NCBI RefSeq assembly: GCF_964204645.1
Contig: NC_134030.1
Location: 5,374,778-5,438,777 of the forward strand
Direction: 5' to 3'
DNA length: 64,000 bases
From: Tubulanus polymorphus
Lineage: Eukaryota > Animalia > Nemertea
Part shown: piece by piece, positions 29,891 through 52,601 of the stretch
Position numbering within the stretch: position 1 is the stretch's first letter
Layout: each line of letters begins with the position of its first letter
Made by a program: the position numbers and the translations under genes
Notes under the pieces: generated by a model
Told to the model about the DNA's origin: nothing
Seen by the model: only the letters and a program-made list of their open reading frames with translations
Database searches by the model: none

Positions 29891-32800
29891 TAGGTGAATG
29901 AAGTCGAAACGCCGAGATTTACCAGCTTAGGGGAACACTTCGAACAATTTATTATCGTATTCATATTATGAAATATATATACCCAGTGTTTTCCTTGACT
30001 TATTCCCTACGGATCAATTTGGATTATAACGTACGCCTATAGATATTGTGGTGTGGTGATCGAAGTGAAATAGTTTGAGGGTATTTATTAAATTCCATTT
30101 TTCATATTATATATTGAGGTCACCCCACACACTGTCCGCAGATTCGCTGATTCTAATATAGATCTGAAATAAATTTGATTGTTTTGTACATGTATTCTTT
30201 AAATACACAAACCTCTTCTTGACATTCAGATTCAGTTTATTCTTTACACATTTAACACGAATCAACAGGACATATGCTTTCCCACAGTCCTATTCAAATC
30301 GATAGTCACTGGGCTAATTTTAGCTCACTTCGTTTTACGACCTTTATAAAAATATACACGCAACCAATGCGAAGAGACGACATCTATTGTTAAACGCCTG
30401 AAACAGTTGAACCGGGAACAATTTCACACAGATCTACATGTACATTATTTGTAAAAATATTCAATTCCAATATCATACTCTTATGAATCCATTCCATACA
30501 AGTGCCAAATCAAAAATGTGCAATGAAAATATTAGCGTGAGTGTGATTTAAATTATTGTATGAAATAGCTGCTAACTAATTTGTGATGAAACAGAAAATA
30601 AGATCAAAATCAAACCAAAGCTTGTCGAAAGATATTCCGGATTAAAGAAGCCTGCAACCTCGAAGAAGATTACAGATTTTAACAAACGTTTGAACAACAG
30701 GGTTAAACACATTCTTTTTCGAACAATACGTAATTGGTATCAAAATATTATTTTCATTTGCTTTTCATGGCCGAAACATGAATTATACATACGAGCTAAT
30801 ATCGCAAACCCCAAAACAGCTATTTCCTACTGTACGACATTGCGACATCGTCCACCAACGCGTAATAAGTGCCATCGCCATGATTTAAAACCACGGAGCA
30901 CAATAAACGTCCATAATTTTCAATCGTACTTTAATGATGGACAAACAGCCGCCGGCGTTTTTACCGCGCAATAATTATGTCATATTTTGACAGATTCCCC
31001 TCAAACGAGCATGATCTATGTATTTTAATCGTATGGCGTTGTTTTGTTGACCGATTTGACTACGGCTGTTGACACCACTTATGAGACCTCGTCATTCACT
31101 GATAATAATTTACTAGATTCCTAGCCATTAATTCAAGTTTGCATATTATTGGTTAATTATCGCCGGGCAAATGACAGTTTTAATAGCTCACGACACGTTT
31201 TCGTTTTATGTAATATAGAACTCGATGATAAATTCTCTCTCGCATTCATCATCGGTCGAGATTTAATGGCTATTAATTTATTTAATAAGTTCTCCTAATG
31301 CGACAAGGGGTTAAGTGGTGAATCGTTGTAATGGTTATCAAAATTTTATTATGAAATAAATTATCAAACGTCACTTTAGTACATAGGATACGCGTAGCAC
31401 TTTCCCTACACACGCGCGCGCGCAGAATACATTTCTGTTTGCCGAATCGTTGCGATTTTTGGTTTCTAACAGAACTATAAGCATTTACTTTGATTTCAAG
31501 TACGTGCAAGATATTGATTCGAAAAGTAAGCAAAATACAATTTGAAATTGGATGGCAAATATCTTGCGAAGAATATAACGTAATATCGTAGAGTTAAGTT
31601 CTTTAGAAGTTGTTAAGAAATCATACACTTTCAGAAAAAGTTAATTTTCAAAGAAAATAGACTTATCTATTTTTGAGAGTGATGAAAATAAATTATGATG
31701 CGCAAACTGGGTAAAAGAGAAATATGTATATATTACACACAAGTATTCTTGTGTAAGGTGTCAAGGTGAAGTATATGGTTTATACTTTCTAATAACTTAC
31801 TAACACAAACGTAGACTACGTTTTCCATTAAAAAGTTAGACATTGATGCATGATTTAGTGGTAACATATTTTACTTTCATAAGTTGTTAGCACAGGCTTA
31901 AAGCGTCGTTCACGCGCTGAGAGGGCGCTAGCTGCAACCGTGTACATAATGCAAGCCGGCGGCAAGAACAAAAGCTGTCATACAGGTCATAAATTGCTGC
32001 AGTCAAAGACGACGAATAAATCACCATCCATCATTGAAATGGCCGCCTCAACCTCTCATACTATAATTTATCCCCGTAATATAAGCGCCAGCACATGAAA
32101 ATATTTACTAGCAGCCCTCATAATTCTTCGTTTGTCATTAGCTCGGCTTGCCGGCTTTGTTAACCACGTAGAATGTCTTGTATTTTGGAAAGTTTTATGG
32201 AACACTGCGAACGCAATAAATTTGCGATGTTCAATGAGTTTGAATCGAGCTTGAATTGAAGGTGAAATATACGGCGGTCGGTTTTGTTTTATGGCCCTGT
32301 AATCCCGACGCCCAGAGCTTGGCAGATTTTTGATTTACAATTGCGCGGTTTTTGTTTCGCCATCGCCGGATATAGAAACGAGTGAACAGATTTCATCCAC
32401 GATGTTTTAACCTTTTGACCAGTTTAATCTATTTTTGACACCGAAAGCAGAAGTCCAAATCAAATCTTTAATATGTGAAAGCAACTTTACGATCTACGAA
32501 ATAATTTCATAGCTTTTGTAGTTATATGAAAGAATAAGCTGTCAGCGAATTCTGAAAGTCTTCAAATCCTCTTCAAGAGCCATTACTACACATTTCCTGC
32601 AACCAAAAAGGGTAATGAGTCTGAAGAGCCGGTGAAATATTTCATAGATAATATGTTTGATCGCTAGTTTTGAAATGAACATACTAGATTGGTAAAAACC
32701 GAGATAATGGCGGTGAAAACTCAGTCAGCAAAGAAGAGAAAAATATTCATCCCACGTTTTTGCTGCCAGTCTCCCGGAGAAATACAGAATTTAACCTCTA

Positions 32801-34739
32801 TGACGCCACTGGTTCTGATAAGGCAAGATTTATGGACGAATTGTGTCGCTATAGTTAATTACTTTCGTGATGGTGGTCGCCCTAAAAAGCCTGTCTAAAA
32901 GTTTAGAAATGTCAAGAAATATTTCGCAATAATTTATTCGATTCGGAATACGATCTATTTGCGTAATGTTATCAAATTTGAAGGCATTCATTATACGCGG
33001 TTGTAATAAGTAATTTAGATTATTTTCTAAACGGATAACTTCGATATGGCGTTTCAAATACATAGATCACGCGAAGAAGTTTTTTATTGCTAAAATGACT
33101 TCATTATTAGAATAAATGTGAAAGATACATATACAAACACGAAACAAATAGCCACAGCCGCTACCAGCTCATAATAAACCAATCATAAACACGCACGGAT
33201 ATTTATGTATCGCCATTCTTATGAGAACACTTCGAATTTATGCGTGGGAAGAATTCTGATAATTCAAATGTCAAACTACTCAGTCGTGGACGAAGAAAAA
33301 TCGCGAATATGTGCTTTACAAAATGACACATATGTGCGAATAAGCACCACCCCTATCAGACAGCTGTGCTAGGTTCACCTCAGAACCGTCTCTTATCGCC
33401 TTTGAAATACGTGTTTTCTGCACAAAAATTAAATAAACAAAATTCACAACACTGAGCGCGAATATTCCAAATGCGGTTTACGAAAACGCATGGCACTCTG
33501 CACCGCCATCGTGACATCGATATGTAATGCGAAATAACCTCTAGAACATATTAATTACCATGTAATTGAAGCGGCAGGTGGAATTTATGTAATGTGGCCG
33601 TCTATGATAAATAATAATGGATTCGCATCACGAAACAGTCGTAGACAGTCACAAAAATCTGTTGAATATTACAAATACGCCGCTTTTGAAACATATTCTT
33701 CACGTTTTTGTAACTTAATCGCTATCATTTAATGCAGAAGAGGTTTTTTCTTCTAAAGCGATTTATCTCAAATTCAGAGGGGGCGTTTCTTACCGGAACA
33801 TTTCATAATATCGATAATAACTTTAGTGATTAAAATTTATCCCTTTTCAGTTCGTTTTATCATCGAAGGCGCGCGCGCGTAGCAAAAATGTCAAGATTCA
33901 TTATCGGCGGGAAAAATAGTTTTCAAAATGTTTGCAAATTGTTTTGTGACTTTGGCGTGCGTTTTGACCATCGGTGACCGTAATAACAAGAGCAACGCAC
34001 GAACCTGTACATATTAGAGCTCATTGCTGCCATATACACGGGTCAAACAGAAGTTATTAGATTCTTATGCGTCTAAATATATAGACCTAACACGCATTCT
34101 TTTTCTTTCGGCATTCGCTCGACTGAAGTTCATCGTTCCTATTTTATTGCCGGGTGTGTTAAAATGTCAATCATTCTAAACTCAGATTTTACTAGGTTTT
34201 TTCCCAAATAAATCATGATTCCGTCTACGAACGACTGAAAGGTGATACGCAAAGTGACAAGGAGGAATCGGAACGCTTATCGGTGTATGTCGCGGCAAAA
34301 AAAAAAAACTTATCAGAAAAAGTTTTCCGCTGAGTGTTATTATTCCATAAGCGGCGCTTATTGCGAATAAACTCACTTATTGCGTGCGGAGTGACCTTCC
34401 AAGAGCTCGGCTCGATTATCGGTCTTTGTTTGGATGACAAAACGGTGGTCAGTTATGATTAAGTTAAGCGATTACCGCGCGGACGCTGGCGCAAAAAGAA
34501 TATTGCATTACCTCCGCAGAAGATGAATCATTTCTGCGCGAGTTTGTTGCAACATTTAGTTTCTTATGTATCCGCTAAGTTAGTTAATTCGCCCGAGAGA
34601 TAGCTATGGCAACCGGGAGCGCAGAAAGCTGATTGCATTGCAAATGTAATCAAACGAATAGGCATAAATGCGAATCCATTCATTGTACAAAGTAGCGAGT
34701 CGAGATCCCTTTTATCGCGGGCTCGCCGACGAGCTGCGC

Positions 34740-34765
34740 TGATTGGCTACACGTCCCACGTGACC
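34740..34765 (+). promoter_or_regulatory. Lox5 proximal promoter: inverted CCAAT (NF-Y) plus CACGTG E-box (USF-type)
   Basis: GATTGGCTACACGTCCCACGTGACC, about 90 nt upstream of the ATG, with 10 nt between ATTGG and CACGTG. Confidence 0.7.
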
Positions 34766-34851
34766 TGTCACTCTCGCATATTATCTCGTTGAACGAGGCC
34801 ATTCTGTAACGATTGTAGCGCTAATCATAGTCGTGTTTATAGAGCCGAATT

Positions 34852-35365
34852 ATGTCTTCTTACTATGGCAATGTCTTATCGGCTCCGATGCCCAACGGAA
34901 GTCCGGTGGAAACTTTTCAAATGCCGGACATCAAGTACGATACAAACTATAACCACCAAAACGGCGGCAGTCCGGACCACTTGGACATGCAAGCACCCGT
35001 GGCTGGCGGAATTTACCCGAGGTTTCCACCTTATGACAGGTTGGAAATTCGGCCGATAAACAACTCGAATCACCAGCGCAGTTACGGCTATAACGGAAAT
35101 GTTTACAGTAACATCGGTGGTGGAGGGACTAATTGCGGTAGCGCCAGCCCGCCCGAGGCTCGCCAGTACCCGCAATACAGCGAAAACATGGACTCTCGTT
35201 TCGCGAACGGACAATACTTGAACGCTGCCCAACAGGCTATGAATTCTCATTCCGCGTATGGTACTTGCAGCCCGACCTATGGCACGAATGCGATGACCGG
35301 AGGACTGCCCGGTGGCCAGAACAACTGCGTCATCTACCCGTGGATGAAAGCTACCCTTAACGGAG
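34852..35365 (+). CDS. Lox5: Lox5 Hox gene, coding exon 1
   Basis: MSSYY N-terminal motif, YPRFPPYDRLEI motif, VIYPWMK hexapeptide, and a phase-1 donor G|GTAAGT at 35365/35366. Confidence 0.92.
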
Positions 35366-43559
<8,194 letters not shown>

Positions 43560-46435
43560 TGTATCACATGACTCTCTAAACCAATGAGATTAGTCTTTGT
43601 GCGGGTGCCATTTGGCGCAAAACGAACATTGCAGAGAGGAACAATGATCTCCCGGTCATAGGAGAGCGGGGCATAGGAGAGTGGGCATAGCCTGCCATAC
43701 AACCAACCGCGCGGTGCCCCCACATAGCGGACAGCTGTTTGCGTTTGACGAAGGTGTCTCCAACTTTCATGTGTATAGCTCATTTTTCGTTCGTTACTTT
43801 TTTGTTTTGGCCCGAAATGTTGTTCGTCTTCTTACATTTAGTTTGAATTTCATTTCGTGTAAAATGATCTGAAATGTTTCATGAATATGTGTACTCTCAG
43901 GACGTGGACAATGATATCTTACTGAACTCGGTGCAGGCGTTCTTCACTGAAGAATCTTTCAAATATTATACTATTTTAAACATATCAGCCTATTCCTCCG
44001 TTTTTTCTTTCTAAATTCGAGTGTTACCTCGAGTTTAACCATTATCATGTGGCAAACACTATACAGAACGGCCTGTACCACCGATATCTTATTCTCGTTA
44101 TTTAATCGTGTGTTAAATTTATTGGTTACTCAACACGCCTGGAAACTTCACTTCTCCATTCAAGTTGCTTAAACACGTAGCTCCGAGTATACTGAGAAAC
44201 TCGTGGTAATAATTCGTTTTAGAATCGTTATCACGAGTGACGGGCGTCCCTGGGTTCGTGGGTGGAATCGTTTTTATTTCGAAGTAATCTCCCTGTAACG
44301 CTATCTCACCAAACTGGCAGCCATTTAACTCTGATAGATAATTTCTGTTTAGTATTATATACAGCAGGGTGAGTGTCCCTACCGAAGAATCAATACAAGA
44401 TACATTTAAAAAGAAAAATGTGCTGGATAATAGTTTCGGATCTATTTTCCTTTGGATTTGTGGGACTTCTATCTTTTATCATCATTACAATACGGACAGA
44501 GTGTTTCAAAGGTTACTAAAAATGAACTTCTCCGTTTTAGCTTTTCTTCCTGTCCGAAAATTATTTATTAGGTTTGCTATAGGAAAACTTACGTATGACA
44601 AGGGTAACATTTTGCAGCGCATTATGTGTATTCTTCGATGAATTTTATTTATTCAGTTCCATTAATGATTGCTAGTTTTTGTTGTATGAAAATGTAATTT
44701 ACGAGTGATGCCTACTTTTTGGGCAAATCGGTTTATGAAGGGTAATAAAGAAAGATTTTCACGAAACCAGCCTGTGACCTGATAATCCAAATGTCGTACG
44801 AGTACTCTAGTTTTCGGTAAGGCCATTAGTTTCGTAGGTAAACAGTCCTTCAAACTTAATTCAACGTAACTATTTCAATTATCAGTCGAATGAGGTCTGC
44901 TTTTCGTGTGTGTATGAGTGCAAAATAACTAAGATCTACGTCCTTTTGTCGCTTTGTGTCATTTTACGTAGGGTCAGAATGCATTAAGGATATAGCAATG
45001 TCTGCGTCTCTGCAGCGCGTCAGTTGTACACATCATTGCCATCGATTCTGTTCATTCCTTAGCAGATATTCTACCTCAAACCACATCTCACTGCTCAAAA
45101 CTGAAGAGACTCAGGTGTGTTCGAACGTAAATCGCGCATAAAACTGAACCAGATAGTCGAACGATGATAGACTGTCTCCGGGCGATCCGACCTTACGCAA
45201 ACACCAGTGCCGTAATCTACGATACCAAAACATTGCATAATACATTTTCGATACTAAAACTGATGTTCAAACAAAATGCAGCATTTTAAACTAAAGAATC
45301 TCATTCAAATGTCTAAGACGGACTAAAACGGTCTTTAAATTTCAAATCGTATATGTTTTGATTTTGTGTGTTACAGTGCGGAAATCCTAGAATACACTGA
45401 GAACCCCTAGTTATACTTAATTACACCAGGCAGCTGCGGGTATGATGTACTCAAGAGCATGTGGCAGTGACAAAATTAAAATATGGCAAGGTAATCCCCG
45501 AGAGGACCAATTAAGTTCGCCTCGAGATACATTAATACGTCATTTGTCTTAGGATTGAATTATAGCGGATGCGAAAAAAGTATACGCCCGAGGGCTGGGA
45601 TTACCAGGTGAACATTGCCGGGGAATAGTGAATATATTTCAAAATGATTGGGAACTATGAGGCAATAAATTTTGTTGGAACTGAGGTGTGCGTTCAATTG
45701 TATTCTGATTCGATCTAAATCGTCATTATTAAATTCTCGATCCAGAGGCGAAATCGTGTATTTCTATTTTCGTTTCCCTTCGCATTGTTGACCCTGTACA
45801 CCTCAAGCGTTTTCTTAGATAAACCTCCATTCAAATTTGATATTTGGCGTGATGGCTTTCAGGATGACGACATACTAATCTTAATATAAGTGGCTTTGGT
45901 GTTTTTTCTTCCTTTTTATATCTGAGTTACGAGTGAATTGGAAATATTCTTTTGTTTTTCTTTTTCAATAATAACATAACGAGAAAATAAGTCACCGAGT
46001 GTTATTTAAAATGAGGACGCGATTATTTATCATATTTTATTATATTCCAAAAGTATGTTTTAAGAAACAAAAAGATGTTTTGTGCAAAGTAAGATTCGAA
46101 AAAGGAACACTGCGCATAGTTTCTTTTTTACATAAATGTGCATGTATCTAATATATATCTAATGTACGTACAATGATCGAGTGAGCTATGCTACTACAGT
46201 AGTTTGTAAATAGAAATGGGGAAATCCAGTTTTGTACATGTATTAATAATGTGTATAAAGATACTGTATTGAAAACTATGTACGTATTAAGTAAAAACAT
46301 TGTACACTTTGTCCATACTGTGTTTGTAAAGGGTAGAAAAAAATGTTTAATGTCAAAAAAGCAAAAGATGAAAAAAATCTCTGAATGATATGGCAATAAT
46401 TTTTGTCTAAATAAAAATCTATTTCTTGTGAATTT
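43560..46435 (+). other. Probable Lox5 3' UTR ending near AATAAA 46410-46415
   Basis: Dense TGTA cluster at about 46130-46330 including TGTAAATA at 46205, then AATAAA followed by GT-rich sequence. Confidence 0.5.
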
Positions 46436-46711
46436 GTATAGTACGAATGGGTGTTTTATTTGACAAAAGTCTCTTCGAGGATGGGTTTCTCTTTCTACTC
46501 GCCTGAACGAGCTGGTGTTCTTTGGGACAGTTTGTGTCGGTGTTTGCTGCTAATACCCAGGGCCCGATTGCTTAGCCGAACGCACAGGGAAAGAAAAAGT
46601 TTTCTCCCTGTGCGTTCGGCGAACATCCATTCTCATCGTCCGCTAGCAGGATGTAGGCCTAATTCTAACAGTTTCTAAAAATGAAACAAAACCTGAATAT
46701 TCCGTGTGCCT

Positions 46712-46806
46712 TGGGCTTTAAGACCAGTCTAAGACCTCCGCTGTTTAACCAATCTAATAACTTAAAACTAGTCCAACGATTTAAGACCACTCTGGAACTG
46801 GAACCT
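46712..46806. mobile_element. Degenerate copy of the 37409-37552 MITE family
   Basis: TTAAGACCAGTCTAAGACC...CCAATCTAATAACTTAAAACTAGTC...GATTTAAGACCACTCTGGAACTGG aligns by eye with about 37433-37520. Confidence 0.7.
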
Positions 46807-49800
46807 GCGCATCCCAACTATTCTTCAATGTCGGCAGAGTCATTCATTGAAAGCAACGCGCCAAAAAGGATAAAGCAAGAAACGTTGAATTAGAAACAGC
46901 GTTTGACAGAGTGATGTAACGTCTAATTTCTGAACGTCTAATTTAGCTGAATAGTAATTCATTGCTAAACAAAGGACAGAGCGTAATGAAGAAGAAAAAA
47001 GAAAAACCAACATATTAACTGGGGATTTAGACGACGCTCAAAATAAGACGATAATTTCGGTTGATTGAATGAATTTCCGTTACTGTAAATTAGAAGTTCA
47101 GAAAAATAATGCCACGATAAGTACTGGGAAGACTCGCCGACTTAACGCGGTATCAAGTAGGGTTTCGGTATTGTTTTCCGTTTTAATCTAAATGGAGGTG
47201 CAGGCACACGTCGATAAACCCGGCCGAAATCCTCGACGGTCGCCTCGTCGTTTTATCACGATCATTAATTACGCAATAACGACATGGCGACGCATAAATC
47301 GCGTCGCGTTGTGTACACAGTCGATGTGATCAACTGCTCCGGCGATACGCGCTCCTCTCCCCCGTCCTCCGGCCGACGCGATTAGCCCCCGATTTTCAAA
47401 TTTAATACTCGACGTCGGCGCCGAGTCTACAAAGACGACCACGCATCAAAAAGACATTTTCGGACGCGAAAGATGTATTATTTACGCATCGTGGTAAGTC
47501 TTTTAATCCGCGACAGCCCGGACTGCTCGGCCGGGGTTAATCACTGCCGGATTTCGGTAAGTTATCGACGGCTCAACTTAACGATATCATTCTCTTCATG
47601 ACGTCTGCGATTGAGTCGATTTCAACCGTCTTCATCTTGAACGACAGTATCATCTCGGACACTCCGGTTAAAAGTCGTAATTGGCAGTTTGTTCAGTTGA
47701 TCCTCGTCTTGATTAAATTGATCATCTGTATGCGCGTACGGTGCTAAACTCACTTCTTCAAAAGGCAAATTAACGATTTCGTTTGATCTGCAGGGACATT
47801 TCTTTAGATGCAATTAATACCATACCACCCAGTACAGTAGATGTAGTAAGCTAGGTATTCTCACTCATCTCTCTGATGGGAAACTAACCATAATATACCC
47901 GTTCAACGAATATCGATTGGCCCAGTATGAGTACAGATTGAATACTCTATTGAAGAGGGGTAGGGGAAATGTACTGATGTGACGGTTTAGAGTACTGGTG
48001 TGTCTACCAGCTAACTTTTTGTGTCTTATGAAACCCTGTAACACGTGAACGCGGTTGAGGATGTGCAGAAACAGCTGATGACATAAAGTCATTAGGGTCT
48101 AAACCAATTAGATAGAGTGGTATCAGACGAGACTGTTTTAGTCAATGTACAGGTTTGTTTCCAATTTCGCCGGTGTATATTACGTCAAGATAACTTTGAA
48201 AAGACCAACGCCAAAAACAAGGAGCCAATTCATTTCTAAGGCCTCTTTTGGTTTGAACACATTTTGAGAAATTCTATCGCTCGAATTGCTTAGTTTGGAA
48301 GTGACGATTCTGTTTTAGCAAACTTCGAACATTCGTGACATTTTATAAGAGCTCGATAGATGGCTCCAGGACATTGCATCGAAATTGAGAGAAAAAACCA
48401 TAACTTTATTCCATCAATCGATGGCGGAAAAGATAAATTTCACGTAATTAAACATTATTGTGACTAGAATGATTATCTGCGCCAGGCCTGAAAATTAAAA
48501 CGATCAAAGATTTCTCTGAAGTCGAACGAGGCGTGCCACTTTCAATTTGTTCGACACGCAGCTCCTGTCGTCGCGTTTTACAGCAAAATCCATCGCAAAT
48601 CGGCGACACCATTAATCACATTCACTTAAAAACTTTTTCAGATTCCTTTTGGATTTCGAAAGTGATATATCAGCGACCACATATTACAGATCAGTCTTTA
48701 ACTCGCCAACCTGAGTCAACCTTTAAAAAGTCAAAAAGAAATCATGAGACAAATCCGAAGTGGTAGAAGTGATAGAACCAAAGTTCAGTAGCAAAAGCTC
48801 TATTCGGTAAATTCTAAAATAGTTTGTTTTCCGCAACACCCGTGCAACAGGTGGCTATAAGATACAAGGTTTCATTATTGAATACGAAACGACTATAGTT
48901 TGACCTTTTTCTCTATTGTGATATCACAGCTTGAGCGACTTGGAAACGGGCTATAGGATCGTCTGCAACCAACGGGTATAGTATGCAAATAGAGACGAGG
49001 CCACATTTGAATAAGAAAAAGTGTCACGATCAAAGAAAATGAAGTGCTGTCCGGCATTATTAGATTAGTCAAGCCGCGAACAATTCCATCGTCTGAACGG
49101 GTAGATCCTGCGGTGTAAAGATCGCCAGAAACGCGGAAAAGATCCGCAATTTGTACGACGAGTATCTTATTAATATTCAAATCCATTTTCGATCGAGAAT
49201 AAATCCATTTATCGCGCCGTCAAAGTCGATATTGATCGATCGGTTTACGACAGAACTGCGCAGGTTGCGCGCACGTGGAACCATTGAATCGTCCCGGGCA
49301 CGCACGATGATAAATCAGTTTTGTCGCCGCACGATTACCGCTCAACCCTCCCACCGCAGAATGTCCACAATATCATTCAGTCCGTCCAGAAATCTGCCCT
49401 GTTCTGGATATCTTTAAAACAATTGTCCAGGGAAAAAAGTGGAAAAAACACGGATGATGACTTTTAGTTGAAAAATATATTTATTTTGAGTAAACTTTTG
49501 TAAAATTGAACACGGATAACAGTATCTAATACTTTTTAAGGTAATGAAATAAAGACGAGTCCATTTAATGATAGTTGATGAAAATAAAGGACCGAAATAT
49601 AGATTTCAAAATAAAATTCGTATGTTGAAAATACATACATTCTACAAGCTGAATAAAACCTGACATTTGAATGTGATGTACGTTTCATGATATTCTCTAA
49701 AGGTACTTAGCGAAATTAAAGTTTTTAATAGAAGAAAATAATATATACACCATTGAGATAAATGGGGAGCAGATTAATGAATTAAACATTGTGTCATAAA

Positions 49801-52497
49801 GTTAACATATCATATTGTCATGTAAACGATATCGATGAAGCTTGATGAATAATAATAACATTTAAAAAGTCGTATTAACGAAAGGCTTATTCATTAAGTT
49901 CGAATGGCGATCGAATCGGCAGTTACGAACGACGAAGACAACACAACTCCCGAAATGTCCGAGCATAATCCGAGCTTAATCCGGAATTCTGCTGTCTCAT
50001 GACTAGCCATGCGACGCGAGCGTTATCCCGGTGTCTTATCTGCGAATAATTTCAGCAGCTAGGCCTCGCGTTTTATGATAATAAATGCAATTCTATTGAC
50101 TAGATGTAAGCGGAGATATGCGCGCCAGCCAGGCTGTCGTATCGACGGACTCATCTTCAATTCGGTTATTAAATACGTGCTGTCGTCTGTAGCATGCGAG
50201 TAAGCCTGAAACGAAATAAATCAGAGATCGGTCGTATAAACGTCGCCAGTAAATGAAAAGCTACCGATAAGCTAGCCGGACGATAAGATCTCCTATACAT
50301 ACGCGCCAGAGGGGCTAAAACACTCGCCGTGGGAGAATCGGAATGTGAGCGCAGCATGTAAATTACCGCGTATCACGCGTGTAATTTATGAATCGCTCTC
50401 TTTAGTCGAACGTGACAATATTGAACGTAACGACTAAACGCACGAACTTCTATTAATTGTAATATTCTGTTTCGTGTATACATCATAATGCATTGATTGA
50501 ATATTCACATTTCCCAAACCTTCGGAGAATTGGCAGAACGAAAATATGGTCGCGCCTAATCAAAAAAAATGCGGCTCCGTCGGGACACGATTTCAGACGC
50601 GCTACCCGCGTTAACTAATGTCCTAACGAATAAAACTGTGTTACGAAATGACGTGGCAATTAACGCGTATCAATAGACCCGAAATTATACCGTATACAAA
50701 TTGAAAAATACATTTTGGGACAAAATGCTTACGCGTGCGGTCGGCAGACGCCTGGCACAAATCGATTTTACAGCCGGCCAACGTAACAAAACACAATGTG
50801 ACGACGACGGAGGTAAAAATACAACCGAAAAAACTTCTGTTGGGCTGTTACGCATTATCTCCATGCATATACGCTCACGTTTAATGAATATACCTGAGTG
50901 AGATAACAACGTTTTTGATTAACGTTTTTTCCGCCGACTCAGTCATAGACCGCGCGAAACTCAAAGGCTTGAAGCAATTTAGCTAATGGCCAGTTGTCGA
51001 AGTTGCCTCTGTTCGCGAGTCTGGGAGCACCTTGCACCAGTTTCGAGCTTCAAAGAAAACAATCGCCGAAAAAAACATTAATAAGGCATATAGATGTAAC
51101 AGGCCGAAACAGTGAGGATAGTTTTGAAGATAATTCCAGGCCAACCGTGCAAATATTCGCTTCACAAGACTCGACGAAACGAACAAACGAAGTTCGAAAA
51201 GGCGAATAAGGAAGTTCTTCCTATTTCTAACAACACGAAAAGTAGAATTTATAAATAGTTTCATCTGTGATTTCTTTGTACAACGATCCGAACAATAAGA
51301 ACCAGAAAAGGGAAACATTTTTCCTGAACAGAAACGAGTAGAATTCTATACTTAAATACTCATTATACATTCTTCACATTAAACGTTATTGTTGAACATA
51401 CGAAAATGATTTGTTTCAAAAATCGCTCTGATTCAGGTAACTACTACAACTACCTGAAAAGTCCATCAGGTGTTTACGATTTGAAGCACGTGCCGTCTTA
51501 ATCATTTTCGGTATAGATATATTCCAAGAAGTTGGGAAACGAAAAATGTACGTTCGACGGCCTTTTGTATCGTTTTATCAAACTGTCTGCGCTCACTAAG
51601 GTGCCTTGAAAAAATTTTCTCGACGCGCCATCAGCTCGGTCGAATGCTGCCGAAATAAACATTATCATTACTGTTCGACAAAGAAAATACAACTTGTCAA
51701 TAACAAAGTCGGCGAGATCAAAGCCCATCCATACTCGACCGGCTGTGCTTCGGGGAGGAAAGAAATATATCAAAATTATTTCAAATCCACGGAAGTTCCG
51801 AGTAGTTTCGCGTCATTTCGGATCACGCAATCGCCTAGTTCGTCAGTGCACTTTACATTAATAACACTTATACGAGTCACTTAACGTTCCGAGCGTTGGT
51901 TTTGTTTCAATGCGGGCGTCTTTCAGTACTTTCGTGTACGACTTCCTGACGTTTGATAGGTAATTTTGAACGAAAGAAATGACGTAATTATCAAAAGACT
52001 CCTGAAACAACTTAATACGGAAAAAAAGCGGCGAAACAATCCATCTGAACTTCTGTCGCTGTTGTTCCACTTGTCACAAACCCTATTGGAAGTTGGCGTT
52101 CGAAAATTAATGAACCCTTTTTTCTCCTGTTGTTTGCTGTAGATTGTTTCCACGAAACTGAGTACCTTATGTTGAAAAATAAAAAAAAAGTGCGCTGACA
52201 AAGCAGTATAATACCTCGTACGATACGAACACTTGGAGCCAGTTTTACAGTTCTTGGAGAAAAACAACTCCTTGAGTTAAAAACATCGCAAATGAACCGT
52301 TTTCACCCGAGTGAAAAGCAACCCACGAGTTTGAAACTCGGTTCTGATCTTCTTCATTTTAAACAATATTTGCCTGATTTATTCTTTTAATTAGGTCATG
52401 CTTTATAATCGCGATGAAACACAGTACGTGTTAAAAACGATAATACGGTAAAAGAAATTCCCTTGTTGTATTATCCCCTTGTAATTTGTATCACTTC

Positions 52498-52601
52498 TGG
52501 GCCCGGTTCGATCGTCGTGAGTTGGAGTTAAAACAGTTCACTTTCAATGTTCTAACTCTAAGAGAGTCAAATCTATCTCAGAACTATGGGTCTAGATCCT
52601 G
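52498..52601. mobile_element. Probable degenerate MITE
   Basis: Begins TGGGCCCGGTTC like the other termini, has GAGTT/AACTC inverted pieces inside, and a degraded right end. Confidence 0.4.
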
